A DNA stretch of 64,000 nt from Proteromonas lacertae (taxonomy: Eukaryota): contig NGBS01000034.1 in assembly GCA_002245135.1 (NCBI GenBank), positions 1 to 64,000 on the forward strand, written 5' to 3'. The notes under the pieces were generated by a model. That model was not told the origin of the DNA. It did no database searches and saw nothing but the letters and a program-made list of their open reading frames with translations. A program made the translations under genes and the position numbers. Below, piece after piece: positions 25,031-35,239 of the stretch. How positions within the stretch are numbered: the first letter of the stretch is position 1; the number at the start of each line of letters is the position of its first letter.

Positions 25031-25435
25031 CGAATAAATTTTTATTATGCTATATATTGTATATGTTGTTTTATTATTATTGGGCATTGGATAGACTAGC
25101 TACGATGAGGGCTGCGTTTCTAATTTATAATTATTTATTTATTTATTAAATTAATTTCACAAGGAATTTATGGAAGTTTAATAATTTTTACTTGGATGTG
25201 TTGTTTAATATTGCACCATTGAAATTCGGCTTGAATCATCCTGGCACGGTATATCTAAATGCCCTTTTTTTATTTAATTGGGATCTGATAGACTGTGCAA
25301 GGAAAAAAGAGTCATGCAGCTGGCATTAGTGGTTCGATTCCTAGCACAGACTATTAGTAATCCCATTTTTTTAATTTCTTTTTTTTTAATATTTTATTAT
25401 ACATATACATATAGTATATTCTATTTTTTATATAT

Positions 25436-25843
25436 ATGCTTACACTACCACCACAGATTGAATATAAATTACCAGAACTTGAATCCAAGGTAACAAAGAA
25501 ATATCATTTAAGTGGTCCAAACATATACTTGGATTTGTATAGCCTACAATTCCTTATATTTTTTTATCATCGAAAACCTATATATCAATGGTATTTTGAG
25601 TTAACACACAAAATGATTAACATGATCATGAGTCAACTTTTGATATTAGTGTTTGTAGGTCCTTGTGACTTAGGAAATAGAGATTATCCGAAAGTTACAT
25701 ACACACCAACAATGAAAAAAGTAATCATTAGAATGCCACAAAGATGTTTTAATGGTAAGATGCCAATATTTTTCAAATGTAGTCATATGGATACAGAGAT
25801 GATAGAATATATTGAAACTCAAACAATATTTCACCACACATAA
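25436..25843 (+). CDS. Hypothetical protein of the viral element
   Basis: 135 aa ORF converging on the protease gene. Confidence 0.4.
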   Translation: MLTLPPQIEYKLPELESKVTKKYHLSGPNIYLDLYSLQFLIFFYHRKPIYQWYFELTHKMINMIMSQLLILVFVGPCDLGNRDYPKVTYTPTMKKVIIRMPQRCFNGKMPIFFKCSHMDTEMIEYIETQTIFHHT

Positions 25844-25896
25844 AAAAACAGAAGAAAAAATAATTAAATAATAATTATATATATATATATATTATA

Positions 25897-26580
25897 TTAT
25901 ATTAAACCAAATTGTTTTTTCATTAACCTAATTTTTGCTTCACCCACTATTGTATTATAGTCAGTAGCCTTTTTGAAACTACACTGATCTCTTAAAATAT
26001 TTTTCAAAAAATTAATAGCAAAAAAACCACAGTTGGCAGTATTTGAATTTTGATTCTGTGCTCCATTGATTTTAAGTTCATACTTTTCATTATGATACTT
26101 CTTTAATTTTTTCAAATTTTTTTTAAATTCTTCCAAGTGTTGAGGATCTTCACCAAATGAATCATAGTACAGGAATTGCTTTTTGATATTGTCAACTACT
26201 AAAGCCACCCAATGACCTATAGAATCAGGGCTAGCTTGTGTGGTGAGTGTATTGATTATGATTCCCCATTGATTCTTCTTTTTGGGTATAGGAAGTACAA
26301 GCTCGTCCCAGCAGAACACTCCCATGAACTTTCCATGGAAATTATTGAACTCATTTTTCACAATTAACTCTATATCAAAGTTCGATAAGGCATCTGAAGT
26401 GATACTGTTATACAAAACTTTCCTACGTGAAATTAATTTCTTTACTTTTTTATTATTTCCATTACCTATTCCAAAGTAACTCATAGCTTCACTGAGTTGT
26501 TTTCCTTTATCATCTTTAGCATCAGTTGACGGCTGTACTTTAATATCTGTTTCTGCTTTAGGAGTAATCAATTTATTCAA
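25897..26580 (-). CDS. Adenain-like (clan CE) virion maturation cysteine protease
   Basis: GHWVAL, YYDSFG, QNQNSNTANCGFF (catalytic His, Asp, Gln, Cys present). Confidence 0.9.
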   Translation of the reverse strand: MNKLITPKAETDIKVQPSTDAKDDKGKQLSEAMSYFGIGNGNNKKVKKLISRRKVLYNSITSDALSNFDIELIVKNEFNNFHGKFMGVFCWDELVLPIPKKKNQWGIIINTLTTQASPDSIGHWVALVVDNIKKQFLYYDSFGEDPQHLEEFKKNLKKLKKYHNEKYELKINGAQNQNSNTANCGFFAINFLKNILRDQCSFKKATDYNTIVGEAKIRLMKKQFGLI

Positions 26581-26614
26581 CTTCTACTATTATATATATA
26601 AATTAACATGAATT

Positions 26615-26845
26615 TTATACCATTTGCTGCATTTGTGACATCTTGATTTGGTTAATTGGATTACTCATATACTCACCCATCTGCATCCTAGTCTTTGCAC
26701 TTGCTTGAGCCATTTTATTATATAAACTCTGATAATATTTGTCATGTCCTTTATATCCTTCACCTCTCCGTATCTTCTTCCTTTTGCCTTTACCTCTCAT
26801 CCGAGCAAACACAGCAAGTAGTATTTTCTTATTTAGTTTTTTCAT
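26615..26845 (-). CDS. Small basic protein, possible virion core protein
   Basis: K/R-rich; MRGKG fits the adenain (M/I/L)xGx-G consensus. Confidence 0.5.
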   Translation of the reverse strand: MKKLNKKILLAVFARMRGKGKRKKIRRGEGYKGHDKYYQSLYNKMAQASAKTRMQMGEYMSNPINQIKMSQMQQMV

Positions 26846-26915
26846 AATAACTTAATAGAAAATAAAAAAAACAATTTAATTATAATAATAATGTGTAATA
26901 TAAGTATTATTAATA

Positions 26916-27530
26916 TTATTGAACATAAACAGGCTCGATAGGCTCGCCTTGTATTTCTCTACCTGCAATATCATTACCGAATGGTTTATCTTCTTCTGGT
27001 TCTGGTTCTTTTACTTTCTCTATTTTCTCTTTCTTTGGATTTGAACTCTTTTCTAATTTCTTCATATATTTGCCTAATTGATCTCTGGTTTCTTTCAAAG
27101 CTATTTGTAATTCAGCTTTTGTCATACGACTAGGAGGAGGTAATGATGAGTCCCTATCCTTTTTACTATTTTTTCTACCACCACCACGTTTGGACTTTGG
27201 CTCGTCTAAAGCATTTGATTTTTGTTTCTTGCTAGATCTTCTTTTGGATCTCTCATGTGATCTTGATCTTGATCTGGATTTATGGGAGTATTTTTTACCT
27301 TTTTTTGAATTTTTGTGAGATGATGATCCATCATTCTGTAATATGTTGTATATATCCTTTGGAGAGAATTGTGATAGTAATTCATTGATCATAGCATCGC
27401 TTGGTTCAGCTTCTGCGATTTTTGGTTTGGACATCTTGGAATCATTTTCATTTATTGACTCTACTTCACTATCAGACTCATCAGTAGAACTATCATCACT
27501 CACGTATTCAGTTGATTCAGTATCACTCAT
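26916..27530 (-). CDS. Low-complexity protein with acidic N-terminus and RS/K-rich middle
   Basis: ORF starting MSDTESTEY (ATG at 27530). Confidence 0.55.
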   Translation of the reverse strand: MSDTESTEYVSDDSSTDESDSEVESINENDSKMSKPKIAEAEPSDAMINELLSQFSPKDIYNILQNDGSSSHKNSKKGKKYSHKSRSRSRSHERSKRRSSKKQKSNALDEPKSKRGGGRKNSKKDRDSSLPPPSRMTKAELQIALKETRDQLGKYMKKLEKSSNPKKEKIEKVKEPEPEEDKPFGNDIAGREIQGEPIEPVYVQ

Positions 27531-27625
27531 TTTTTTTATTTCTATGTTATGAAAAATAAAATTAACAAAAAGAACAATGAAAATAATAATAATATAAGTA
27601 TTATTAGCATTATTAAAAGTCAAGC

Positions 27626-27919
27626 TTACATTCGAGCCACCTTTGATTTTAAATATGCGTTCAATAATGCTTGTTGATTACTCCCACCTCCATTGAATGG
27701 TAATCTACCTCTTCCTGACCTACGTCTTCTACGACCAAATCCCATTGTTGATAATCCATCTGCGATATCGTTCTTTCCAAATTCCCTAGCTATTTTGGAT
27801 GCTATTTTATGATCCTTTGCCCAGTTAAATGCTTTGGAACCCCAATTTTTTAACTTACCCCAGAAAGAACCACCCCTTCTTCCATAAACGCATCTACGTC
27901 TTCTACCACCTTTTGGCAT
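27626..27919 (-). CDS. Arg/Gly-rich core-like protein with adenovirus pVI-like amphipathic helix
   Basis: RRGG-SFWGKLKNWGSKAFNWAKDH flanked by Arg tracts. Confidence 0.65.
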   Translation of the reverse strand: MPKGGRRRRCVYGRRGGSFWGKLKNWGSKAFNWAKDHKIASKIAREFGKNDIADGLSTMGFGRRRRRSGRGRLPFNGGGSNQQALLNAYLKSKVARM

Positions 27920-28086
27920 TATGTTATTTCGAATGAAAATAAAGAAATACGATTAAAATACCCTAACCCAGTGCAGAATTTAACTCCTGTGCAATATGCT
28001 AGATAAAATATGACATTAATAGGTTAATAATTAACATAATATCAATATTTGAAATATATTCGTTTCATTTTATTATTTTTTGTATA

Positions 28087-28533
28087 TTGTGTTCTATGGA
28101 TTCAAGCAACCATAATGCCATACATGTTATAGGCATAATGGGTAAAACAAATGATCAAGACCAAAAGAAACATAATTTACAAGATAAGATGACTAACGAT
28201 GACTCTGATGACTATGATCCTGAAGATGATCCAAATGCAAGTGATGTTGATAGTAATGGTAATTTAAAGGATTTCATTGTTGATGATGTAGAATATGATG
28301 CTGAGTTCAATGATGAGGATGAAAATGACACATGGTACGATGATTATGATATTGCAGATATTGTAACACCAGATAGTGTAATCCACACCACTAAAAGAAA
28401 ATTATTAAGTACTATATCTGAATCATTAGATGAATTAGTACCATCAAAAAAACATAAGCATTTGGTCAAGCCAAACATGCAATGTGAAGATTCAAAAAAC
28501 CTTGATAAAGAAGAAGATTTAGAAGATCTTTAA
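28087..28533 (+). CDS. Asp/Glu-rich hypothetical protein
   Basis: Acidic ORF containing LKDFIVDD. Confidence 0.5.
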   Translation: MCSMDSSNHNAIHVIGIMGKTNDQDQKKHNLQDKMTNDDSDDYDPEDDPNASDVDSNGNLKDFIVDDVEYDAEFNDEDENDTWYDDYDIADIVTPDSVIHTTKRKLLSTISESLDELVPSKKHKHLVKPNMQCEDSKNLDKEEDLEDL

Positions 28534-28581
28534 GTGTTAAGTGATTAAACGTAATTACTTTATTTTTTTTAATTATTTTTT

Positions 28582-29007
28582 TTGTTTATCATGAACACTG
28601 TACCACCATTACAACATACTGACTCACCTAAAAGTATTGTTAAACCTCTAGATTTCACTGAATTAGAAAGAGCATTACCGATTGAAGATGCTGTAAAACC
28701 AGTATGTCTATTCAATGAGAAAGATGTAAAGAAAATGGATGTGCATACATATAAAGCTAATTTAGATGTTTTGGAGCATAGTGAGAAAGCAATATGTGAT
28801 TGTGAGGGACATGCTGGTTTAGCATTACCAATTGATGAAGAGAGTTTACCACGTGTGAAATTCAATATAACTCAAATTCAGCATATTTTAGAAATTTTTA
28901 AAGAATCTCTAACTCATTATAGAATTCAAACAAGATTTTTTAATCTTAGTGTAGAAGATTGTATAGAGGTGAGTAATAGAGTCGATGATGCTATAAAATT
29001 ATGTTAG
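28582..29007 (+). CDS. Hypothetical protein (frame stays open ~39 codons past the TAG)
   Basis: 141 aa ORF plus coding-like in-frame continuation. Confidence 0.45.
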   Translation: MFIMNTVPPLQHTDSPKSIVKPLDFTELERALPIEDAVKPVCLFNEKDVKKMDVHTYKANLDVLEHSEKAICDCEGHAGLALPIDEESLPRVKFNITQIQHILEIFKESLTHYRIQTRFFNLSVEDCIEVSNRVDDAIKLC

Positions 29008-29189
29008 AAAGATACTGTTCCGTACTCTGCAGTAAAAGTTGGAGTTCATAATGTGTTAATATGTCTATGGGAACGTATACGTAATAATGAAAAAGAAGGA
29101 AATCACTATGAGTTGAAAGGGAGTTAGATGAGTATGAGCGGTTAATATGGAACGTGAATCATTGTCTTTGTAAATTTGTGGGAGTCAAA

Positions 29190-29828
29190 TCAAAAAGAGA
29201 ATACTATATATAAACTTTCATACAAATTTCTTAAATTAGCCATACTCAGGTTTTTGAATACCAAACAGTAATCAAGCTGTAAACGAACAGAGGGAGTAAT
29301 GTCAGTGACATATTGACTTGATATAATTACTTTTGACTTGTAATGACGGTTTGACTTAAGTAATTTAGAAACGGATTTATTTCTTAAATCGAATGATATA
29401 TCATCGAATATAAATATATTCTCTGGGTAATCATAATTATCTTTGTCTATATCTTTGATATTATCTAATACTGCATCCAATATATTCACTCTATCTTCAT
29501 TCACTACTGAATCATAGCAATGGTACTCAATTTGGTTATACTTGAGCATATCAGTGATTTTCTCATATATGATATCCTTGGATATAGTTGCAACGAAAAA
29601 ATACACTACTTGGTCATATCCCTTTTTTAGCAAGTGTTGTATCATATTAAATATAAGTGTAGTCTTACCACTGTTTTTCTTAGCTAAAATAAATATGTTG
29701 CAGAATGGCTCCTGAAAATAGTCATATCCAAGGACACTATCTTTGGAACGTTTTCCACATCCTTTGACTACTGTCTCAACAGGATTTATGACTATGGTGT
29801 TTATTTTTTCTAAATTAACTTTACTCAT
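29190..29828 (-). CDS. A32/FtsK-HerA-like DNA packaging ATPase, C-terminally truncated
   Basis: Walker A AKKNSGKTT, Walker B IFIFDD, NRHYK, SSQY; lacks the last ~40 aa present in paralog 60772-61533. Confidence 0.9.
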   Translation of the reverse strand: MSKVNLEKINTIVINPVETVVKGCGKRSKDSVLGYDYFQEPFCNIFILAKKNSGKTTLIFNMIQHLLKKGYDQVVYFFVATISKDIIYEKITDMLKYNQIEYHCYDSVVNEDRVNILDAVLDNIKDIDKDNYDYPENIFIFDDISFDLRNKSVSKLLKSNRHYKSKVIISSQYVTDITPSVRLQLDYCLVFKNLSMANLRNLYESLYIVFSF

Positions 29829-29892
29829 AAGAAAAATAACAAAAACATAATTATAAGAAATATAACCGTTATCGATATTATTATGATTATTT

Positions 29893-31365
29893 TTAAACTA
29901 CACTTACAATACCACTTCCATTAATAGTGACCATACGTCCAGTGATGATATAGAAACGATGAGTGATATCATTATTAGTAAAGTCATTTGTACCAGGTGT
30001 TGAAAATTTAAAGGTTATTTTCAAATCAGTAGCCAAAGGTCTACCTGCCTGGTTCTTAATATTGTCCAAGTCCTTAGAACCAAAATTCAATATCTCAAAG
30101 AACTTGTCATTGAATTTTTCATCTTTTCTGAATATATCAAACCATGAGTCTTGGAAATATTCACGGACAGTCATATAACTATCATAATATTGCATAAGTG
30201 TATAATCTGGCTGATATACAAAATCATTGATCATTCATTTGAATTGTGCATTTTCAGGTATATGTGCATATCTTTTTAATGATTCTATCCATGGCCTATA
30301 GATTATGTAACGAACAAATGGTCCATTGGAACTATTCAATGTGAATGAATAATTGAATATGCCAGATCCACCTGATGGTACAACAATTTGATGACATCTG
30401 AAATCATTGAATTGAATAGGTTTTGATAAGCAGTATTGTTTGGTATTATTGTTGCATTGAGTATCCTTGTTGATATAAGCATAGAATTTGAAATTCTTGA
30501 ATATTGTTTCATTTATATCAACTTCTGCATGTGACACTGTATAGTTTACATTATCTTTTGTTTTATCATTTTTCAATCTTGCATATTCATCTGGTGTATA
30601 TGCTTTTAATAAACCATAATTACTTGTGGTTTGAAAACGAATGCATATATACATTCTCTCTCCAAAGAATGCATCACTCTTTAATGCAGCAAATGTATTG
30701 TAAAATTTACCTAATTGTAAGTTGAAATGTAATATAACTGAATCTTTATACTGAACTGCATATGCTGTTGCTGCAGATGCACTAGCACTAACTTTTAATT
30801 CAACATATTGTGTATTAGGTTCTACTTTCCACTTATTGATATCTTGAACTTTATAATTATGATTATCATCATCCCAATCTAATTGTATTCCATCATAGTA
30901 ATTGTCTTGATAGAATATATCAGATCTCTTTCTAACTAATTCATCCATAAATACACGATATGGTTCATATGAATCATCAAGCTTGACCAGATCTGTTCCA
31001 GTCTGGTTACAAATTCTAAAAGAGGCCAAGCCAAACCCTTCTTTAATTCCTCCAATTGTACTTGGATATAAATCATCATCTTTATTTATAAGTTTCTTAC
31101 TTAAATCTGCTCTAACAGCACCTACTTCTGAACCTTTTGCTACTGGTTCTGTTTCTACATCTATATCGAATTGGATATATGACTTAGCTAAATTGATAAT
31201 ATTATCTCCATTTATCTCCCATCTGATCTCTTCTGTATACGAGTTATCACTTAGAGTATATTCTGATGTTGATCCCATCGGAGTCAATCTCACATAATTA
31301 TAGAAGGGTAGATTCACAGGGACATCTACACCATGTTTCTGTTCTTTTGAAATAGATAAAGCCAT
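29893..31365 (-). pseudogene. Putative major capsid protein (~490 aa) with in-frame TGA at 30235-30237
   Basis: Lies between penton and ATPase; WEINGDNIINLAKSYIQFD; two abutting in-frame ORFs; paralog at 61606-63023. Confidence 0.8.
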
Positions 31366-31396
31366 TAGAAAATAAAAGAATAAAGAAATATAAAAA

Positions 31397-32356
31397 TTAG
31401 ACTTTAAATACAACAATATCTAAATTAAACTCAATATTATCAAGATTAAGTTCATAGCCATTTTGTTGAGTAATCTGAATAGTGATCATACCATTGTTAT
31501 AGGTATTATTAAATCTCTTCGATGTATTCAATAAGTCATTATTCTGATATGTAATAAATGGTAACTCAGGATTTGAAACGGGTATATTTTCTAATACATT
31601 TGAATCCTGCATAATATTCACTATGTCTAATCTAATGGATATAGAATTAACCCATATCAAAGATGGACGAAATGGTAATTGAGTAAATGGGAATGGCTTA
31701 ACCATAATTTCTTGTTGATTCTCTGGTTCTTCAGATGGAATATATTCTTTAAAACAACACCAGTAATTGTTTTTGGGTATACCTAATATTTTGTAACTAA
31801 GATCTTTGGTGATGATCTCTAATTTTTCTATCCAATATACTGGGTCTTTTTGATAGTATATAATATTCATATCATTAGCTACCTCAATATGATATGTTTG
31901 ATTATCATCGAAATTGTCTATACAAAATAAATCTCCTTTTCCTTCTATAATAGACACATGTGAACCTTCAGTATTATATGAAGCATCATTTATTCCAAAA
32001 ACATCATATGTCATATTTTTGACTAAATTATTGATCATACTTAATATCTGAGTTTCATCATAGAATCCTTCTGGTATTTTGAGGTGTTTTACAATGTTTG
32101 GATACTTTGGTGTATCTACTTGAACATCATGTCTCCATCCCAATGTGAATACTAATGAAAACTCATCATTTGTTTCTTCCTGTATAGTTGGGAATGAATT
32201 GGGTATAACAGCATGTAATAAGCTGACATGAGTATAATCATCATCGAATGATTGCAATTTTAATGTCTTCTTATGCTTGTTTCCTCCACCCATGGAATCA
32301 GATAATACAATCATATCAGAATTTAAGTAGTATACACGATGATCCGAAACTAACAT
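31397..32356 (-). CDS. Putative minor capsid protein (penton)
   Basis: YLNS, VSLLHAVIPNSF, IPEGFY, LENIPV and the C-terminal ITIQITQQNGYELNLDNIEFNLDI pattern seen in PLV/virophage pentons. Confidence 0.8.
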   Translation of the reverse strand: MLVSDHRVYYLNSDMIVLSDSMGGGNKHKKTLKLQSFDDDYTHVSLLHAVIPNSFPTIQEETNDEFSLVFTLGWRHDVQVDTPKYPNIVKHLKIPEGFYDETQILSMINNLVKNMTYDVFGINDASYNTEGSHVSIIEGKGDLFCIDNFDDNQTYHIEVANDMNIIYYQKDPVYWIEKLEIITKDLSYKILGIPKNNYWCCFKEYIPSEEPENQQEIMVKPFPFTQLPFRPSLIWVNSISIRLDIVNIMQDSNVLENIPVSNPELPFITYQNNDLLNTSKRFNNTYNNGMITIQITQQNGYELNLDNIEFNLDIVVFKV

Positions 32357-32441
32357 AAGATAAAATCTATTTTGAAAATAAATTCGTTAATAATGTCAAT
32401 ATTGTCATTATTAGTATTAATTACACTTTTATATTTTAAAA

Positions 32442-33038
32442 ATGAATAACGATCAGGAGCACAAATATAGAACAGTGCCATATAACTTTTGGAACTCTGA
32501 TAAACAAATACTCATTAATTGCTTTAGAAAGGATGGCAAAATGAGGGCGCCAACCAAATCTAAATTATGGAATTTGATATGTGGTGATAAAAAGGAATTA
32601 TCTTATAGTGAGATCAGATATATACTCAAATACGTCGATGAACAGTATAGATTAGACTTGGAATATAGATTCAAAAATGGATGTTGGTGGGATGAGAGTA
32701 AAGAGAAATTAATTCAAAGATTAGGTATTTCTGATGTAGATGAGACTGTGCGCATTACACCTAATATGTTCCTTGAGTGTGTTAACAAGATTAAGGAGAA
32801 AAGAAACCCATCTTTTGAAAAAACTCATCAATTATTAGAAAGTATTATTATGATGAATCATGAAGCTAATATATCACCTCCTCCTAATGATAGTAGTAAT
32901 AAAGAAATAGAAGAAATACAAGTCAAGCTTGAAAATGACAATGACAATGTCAATCTCACAGATTATGACTTATCTCCAATATTACCAAGATCCATTAAGG
33001 ATGAATATATTAATAATAACCAATGTCTTGTAAGTTAG
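32442..33038 (+). CDS. Hypothetical protein
   Basis: 198 aa ORF diverging from the penton gene. Confidence 0.6.
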   Translation: MNNDQEHKYRTVPYNFWNSDKQILINCFRKDGKMRAPTKSKLWNLICGDKKELSYSEIRYILKYVDEQYRLDLEYRFKNGCWWDESKEKLIQRLGISDVDETVRITPNMFLECVNKIKEKRNPSFEKTHQLLESIIMMNHEANISPPPNDSSNKEIEEIQVKLENDNDNVNLTDYDLSPILPRSIKDEYINNNQCLVS

Positions 33039-33105
33039 TTTATTGATAATAAATACATTACTTTGATTAATTTTGTTTTCTTACATAAGATTCTCATAAA
33101 CACAA

Positions 33106-33342
33106 ATGGACTTTGATGTAATAACTGTTTTGCTTTCAGTTCTCGTATTTGTATTGTATATGATAGCTTTGGCTCTTTTCAACTACTTAAAGGCACACAA
33201 TTGTATTCCAAACAATACAGACATAGAAGAACTTAGAAATAATATAGATGCCATGATGAATAAAGGGTTAGAACATGATAAGACACTCAAGGATATTCAG
33301 TCTCTTATTGAAATCACTAAACAAAGGAAAATGACTATTTAA
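33106..33342 (+). CDS. Small membrane-anchored coiled-coil protein
   Basis: N-terminal hydrophobic helix followed by heptad-like sequence. Confidence 0.5.
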   Translation: MDFDVITVLLSVLVFVLYMIALALFNYLKAHNCIPNNTDIEELRNNIDAMMNKGLEHDKTLKDIQSLIEITKQRKMTI

Positions 33343-33383
33343 ATTTATTTCACTTTTATATTATGTTTTTTGTTGGTTAAACT

Positions 33384-33454
33384 TGTATCTTACAACTGGG
33401 CCCAGTTGTAAGATACATCACAATTCAAGTTACAACTGGCGCCAGTTGTAACTT
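33384..33454. repeat. Two tandem perfect palindromes (34 bp and 28 bp)
   Basis: TGTATCTTACAACTGGG|CCCAGTTGTAAGATACA (33384-33417) and AAGTTACAACTGGC|GCCAGTTGTAACTT (33427-33454). Confidence 0.9.
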
Positions 33455-33562
33455 ATATTACAATTCAAGTTGCAAAGTGGCGGCCGGATATAGCAATACC
33501 AAACACCAAAAACAAACACACATAACATTGCATAAAAAAAAGAATGTTTATATAGAATTACT

Positions 33563-33934
33563 TTAATTATCCATATTAGGAACTGGAATACCATACTGAT
33601 AATGCCTGCCATTATGCACAACAATACGATGTGGATCATTCTTTGGCGCGGCTCGTGGCCCGGCTCGTCTTGGTTTACGTTTTGCTCTATCTTTACTTCC
33701 TTTTGGTCTTCCTCTTTGTTTAGGTGGATTAGCAGCTAATAATCGTTCATACATTTTCATTAATTGTCTATATTGTAATTTAACTTTTGTTTTGTTTTGT
33801 AGTGCATTCTTTACTTTGTCTCTATACAAATCATAGCTCTTTCTCCATTTACTCCTGTTAACTGATTTAGGAATATATGTATTCCAATCTTTACTAATTT
33901 TAAACCCTTTTGGCCATCTTCCATAATAAGACAT
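33563..33934 (-). CDS. Basic protein with AT-hook-like motif
   Basis: PPKQRGRPKGSK; likely start MSYYGRW. Confidence 0.55.
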   Translation of the reverse strand: MSYYGRWPKGFKISKDWNTYIPKSVNRSKWRKSYDLYRDKVKNALQNKTKVKLQYRQLMKMYERLLAANPPKQRGRPKGSKDRAKRKPRRAGPRAAPKNDPHRIVVHNGRHYQYGIPVPNMDN

Positions 33935-34038
33935 GTTGTGATTTTTATAATTGATATTATTTAAAATATAGTAACTATTAATAGTATGTTTATCAAACAA
34001 AAACAAACATATATAATAATAATAGAATTTTTAAGTAT

Positions 34039-34049
34039 TTAATCAGAGT

Positions 34050-34081
<32 letters not shown>

Positions 34082-34521
34082 ATTCCATCGGCAACATTTC
34101 TATCAATTGGATGTATGTGATAAAAATTCCCTCCATTCCATTGATAACTCATATGATGAAAAACATATTTTTTAAATTTTTGAGGAATACAATCACTATC
34201 TGCATACTCATGTTCTCCATTTCTTAATTTTCTATTCATTACTAATATTGTAGCTCTTCTGTCATACCCATAGGTTTTGAGGTTTATCATTAATTGATCA
34301 CCATGATGTCTATAATCACCTAGTACTTCTGGATCATTTCTATTAGTTCTGAGTGAACCACATATAAACACCTTTACTTTATTTCTTTTTAATATTTTCA
34401 TTGTTTTAATTGGAAATTGAATAACCCATCTATGTGCTCTATTGTCTCTATATCTATGAATGTAAAAAGCATATTCACCGTTAGGTTGTCTAAGTATATT
34501 ATATGTTAAATGGTCAGGCAT
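34039..34521 (-). CDS. Hypothetical protein with poly-Ser tail
   Basis: 160 aa ORF; an (ACT)n tract encodes the Ser run. Confidence 0.55.
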
Positions 34522-35239
34522 ATTCTTTGTATTTTTTGCTATTATATATATTATTAAATTTTTATGGGTCTAATCAATAAAGTTATTGTTTGTTTAGTAA
34601 TACAAATGTTTGAGGTTTGTTGTGCGCCGTTTTTTAGAGTTGGTCGTTTGTCTACCAGACACTTTCAAAACAAACTAAATACACAATTACACTTCTTTTA
34701 ATGAAAAATTGTTACTTTTATACTTACTTTGTCTTATAACCTACATCTATGAGTAACTATTAATTGTCATAATATTGATTAAAAACTATCAAAATATATT
34801 CTAGAAATTATGTATATTCCAAATTTTATGTTTCTATTGACATATAATGTCTAAATGAGAAGTGTCAGTTACACAGGAATTAAGAATTATACCCCTTCTG
34901 ACGTCATTTTTAATTTAAAATTTCATTTTCTTCAACTATTTTGTTTGTATGTTTTTTTTGATTCAGTCAAAGAAAAAAAATGAATTTCAGCAGACACTTT
35001 GAAGAATGTTAAAATATTATATCAAGATATGAAGAAATTTCAAAAAAGAAAAATCAAGCTTGTCAAACTTGACAGTTTTTTTTAATTTCAGAAAATCAAA
35101 ATGTAAGTACTATATATATATATATATATTATTATTATTATTATTATTATTATCAAAATACTTACTTTATATTATTTATAAACTGTATAATACTATCATG
35201 TACAGCGAAAGGTATAGAAGCATCATTATTTTATGAACA

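Larger units (their letters stand above)
22800..34560. mobile_element. Endogenous Polinton-like/virophage-like virus 1 (decayed; ends not visible)
   Basis: Clustered rve integrase, adenain-like protease, basic core-like proteins, packaging ATPase, MCP and penton. Confidence 0.85.

Noticed and set aside
17496..30237. Stop-codon reassignment suggested by in-frame stops (TAG near 17598, 18223 and 29005; TAA at 24908; TGA at 30235)
   Set aside because: All three stop types interrupt genes and all three also terminate intact genes; frameshifts and deletions co-occur, so decay or sequencing error is simpler
22320..34617. Terminal inverted repeats or TSD for viral element 1
   Set aside because: None found by eye; both ends abut other insertions
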